Shown here piece after piece: positions 63,092-64,000 of a stretch of DNA of 64,000 nucleotides. The notes beneath the pieces were generated by a model. It saw only the letters and a program-made list of their open reading frames with translations. It made no database searches and had not been told where the DNA came from. Within the stretch, counting starts at the first letter, position 1, and every line of letters begins with the position of its first letter. The stretch covers positions 188,016 to 252,015 of the forward strand of contig CAWFSA010000004.1 of assembly GCA_963818425.1 (NCBI GenBank). The letters are read 5' to 3'. The DNA is from an uncultured Methanoregulaceae archaeon. Its GTDB lineage: Archaea > Halobacteriota > Methanomicrobia > Methanomicrobiales > Methanospirillaceae. The position numbers were made by a program, and so were the translations under genes.

Positions 63092-64000
63092 GAATGACTA
63101 TCAGCGAGATGGTCGACAGTATCGCGGCAAAATACCCGGACACCGAGGCTGTCGTATCCGTGCACCAGAACATCCGGTGGACGTACCGGGAATTTGCGGA
63201 GCAGGTGAACCTGGCAGCCCGCGCCCTCATGGGGCTTGGCGTTGAGAAGGGCGACCGTGTCGGTATCTGGGCCATGAATTATGCCGAATGGGTGGTAGTC
63301 CAGTTCGCCACCTCCAAGATCGGCGCAATCATGGTGAACATCAACCCGGCGTACCGCACGTACGAGCTCGAGTACGTGCTCAAGCAGGCCGAGATCTCGA
63401 CCCTGATCGTGCAGGGCCGGTTCAAGACCTCGGACTACGTGGGGATGTTCTACGAGGCCTGCCCCGAGGCGTACGAGGCCAAGCCCGGCAGGATCTCAAG
63501 CGAGAAGTTCCCGTTTTTGAAAAATGCAGTATTCATGGGCGACATCCCGTATAACGGCATGTACACGTGGAAAGACTTCATGAAAAAGGCGGACGAGATG
63601 TCGATGGACGATATCGCCGAGCGGGGCGAAGGACTCTCGTTCGACGACCCGATCAATATCCAGTACACGAGCGGCACCACGGGCTTTCCCAAGGGAGTTG
63701 TCTTAACCCACCACAATGTCCTCAACAACGGTTTCATCATCGGCGAGGGCATGGGATTTACGGAAAAGGACCGGCTCTGCATTCCCGTCCCGTTCTACCA
63801 TTGCTTCGGCATGGTCCTCTCCAACCTTGCCTGCGTCACCCACGGCACGACCATGGTACTGCCCGCCCCGACGTTCGATGCCGAAGAGGTGTTAAAGACC
63901 ATCGAGAAGGAGCGCTGCACGGCTGTCCACGGCGTCCCGACCATGTTCATCGCCGAGCTCACCCACCCCAACTTCTCCAAGTACGACCTTTCGACCCTCC
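63092..64000 (+). CDS. AMP-dependent acyl-CoA synthetase/ligase (FadD-like), N-terminal part; it continues beyond the window
   Basis: Translation from the ATG at 63092 ([21 protein letters not shown]…) stays open to the window end. It contains the AMP-binding signature [18 protein letters not shown]. It is absent from the ORF track only because it has no stop in the window. Confidence 0.8.

Noticed and set aside
1-64000. Programmed ribosomal frameshifting or phase variation as an explanation for the interrupted genes.
   Set aside because: There are too many events, in unrelated housekeeping genes, with no shared slippery-site motif. Sequencing or assembly indels are far more parsimonious.

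Overview
This 64-kb window looks like a chromosomal segment from a high-GC methanogenic euryarchaeon of the Methanomicrobiales type. Supporting genes include TATA-binding protein, TFS, archaeal Pth2, a bifunctional Fae-Hps, an H4MPT-linked hydantoinase-like protein, acetyl-CoA synthetase, an archaeosortase and a tRNA-Trp whose intron carries a box C/D sRNA. The gene content is mostly housekeeping and envelope or signalling functions: SurE, RpiA, TruD, an archaeal riboflavin reductase, SppA, ABC transporters, a P-type ATPase, a CDF and a VIT1 transporter, flotillin, a nitroreductase, pirin, a fused AguB-AguA and PEGA and beta-propeller surface proteins. Several accessory structures stand out. 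(1) A roughly 215-bp MITE family is present in five copies, each with 14-bp terminal inverted repeats and 7-9-bp target-site duplications. (2) An orphan CRISPR-like mini-array of 37-bp repeats has a RelE-family toxin-antitoxin module sitting between its degenerate terminal repeat and the two intact repeats, and lies next to a field of GATC-centred palindromic repeats. (3) A complete bacterial-style partner-switching module (STAS, a 5TM-PP2C phosphatase and an RsbW-like kinase) sits beside an MBL-fold protein. (4) A roughly 1300-aa receiver plus coiled-coil protein is built on near-identical 189-bp tandem repeats. (5) A 1.4-kb AT-rich island is likely foreign. (6) A HicAB module sits with a small PD-(D/E)xK-like nuclease and an isolated cysteine-rich acidic ORF. 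At least 29 single-base frameshifts interrupt about 20 otherwise intact genes, many at G/C or T homopolymers. This points to indel errors in the assembly rather than true pseudogenes, so the coding features are reported as spans across the shifts.
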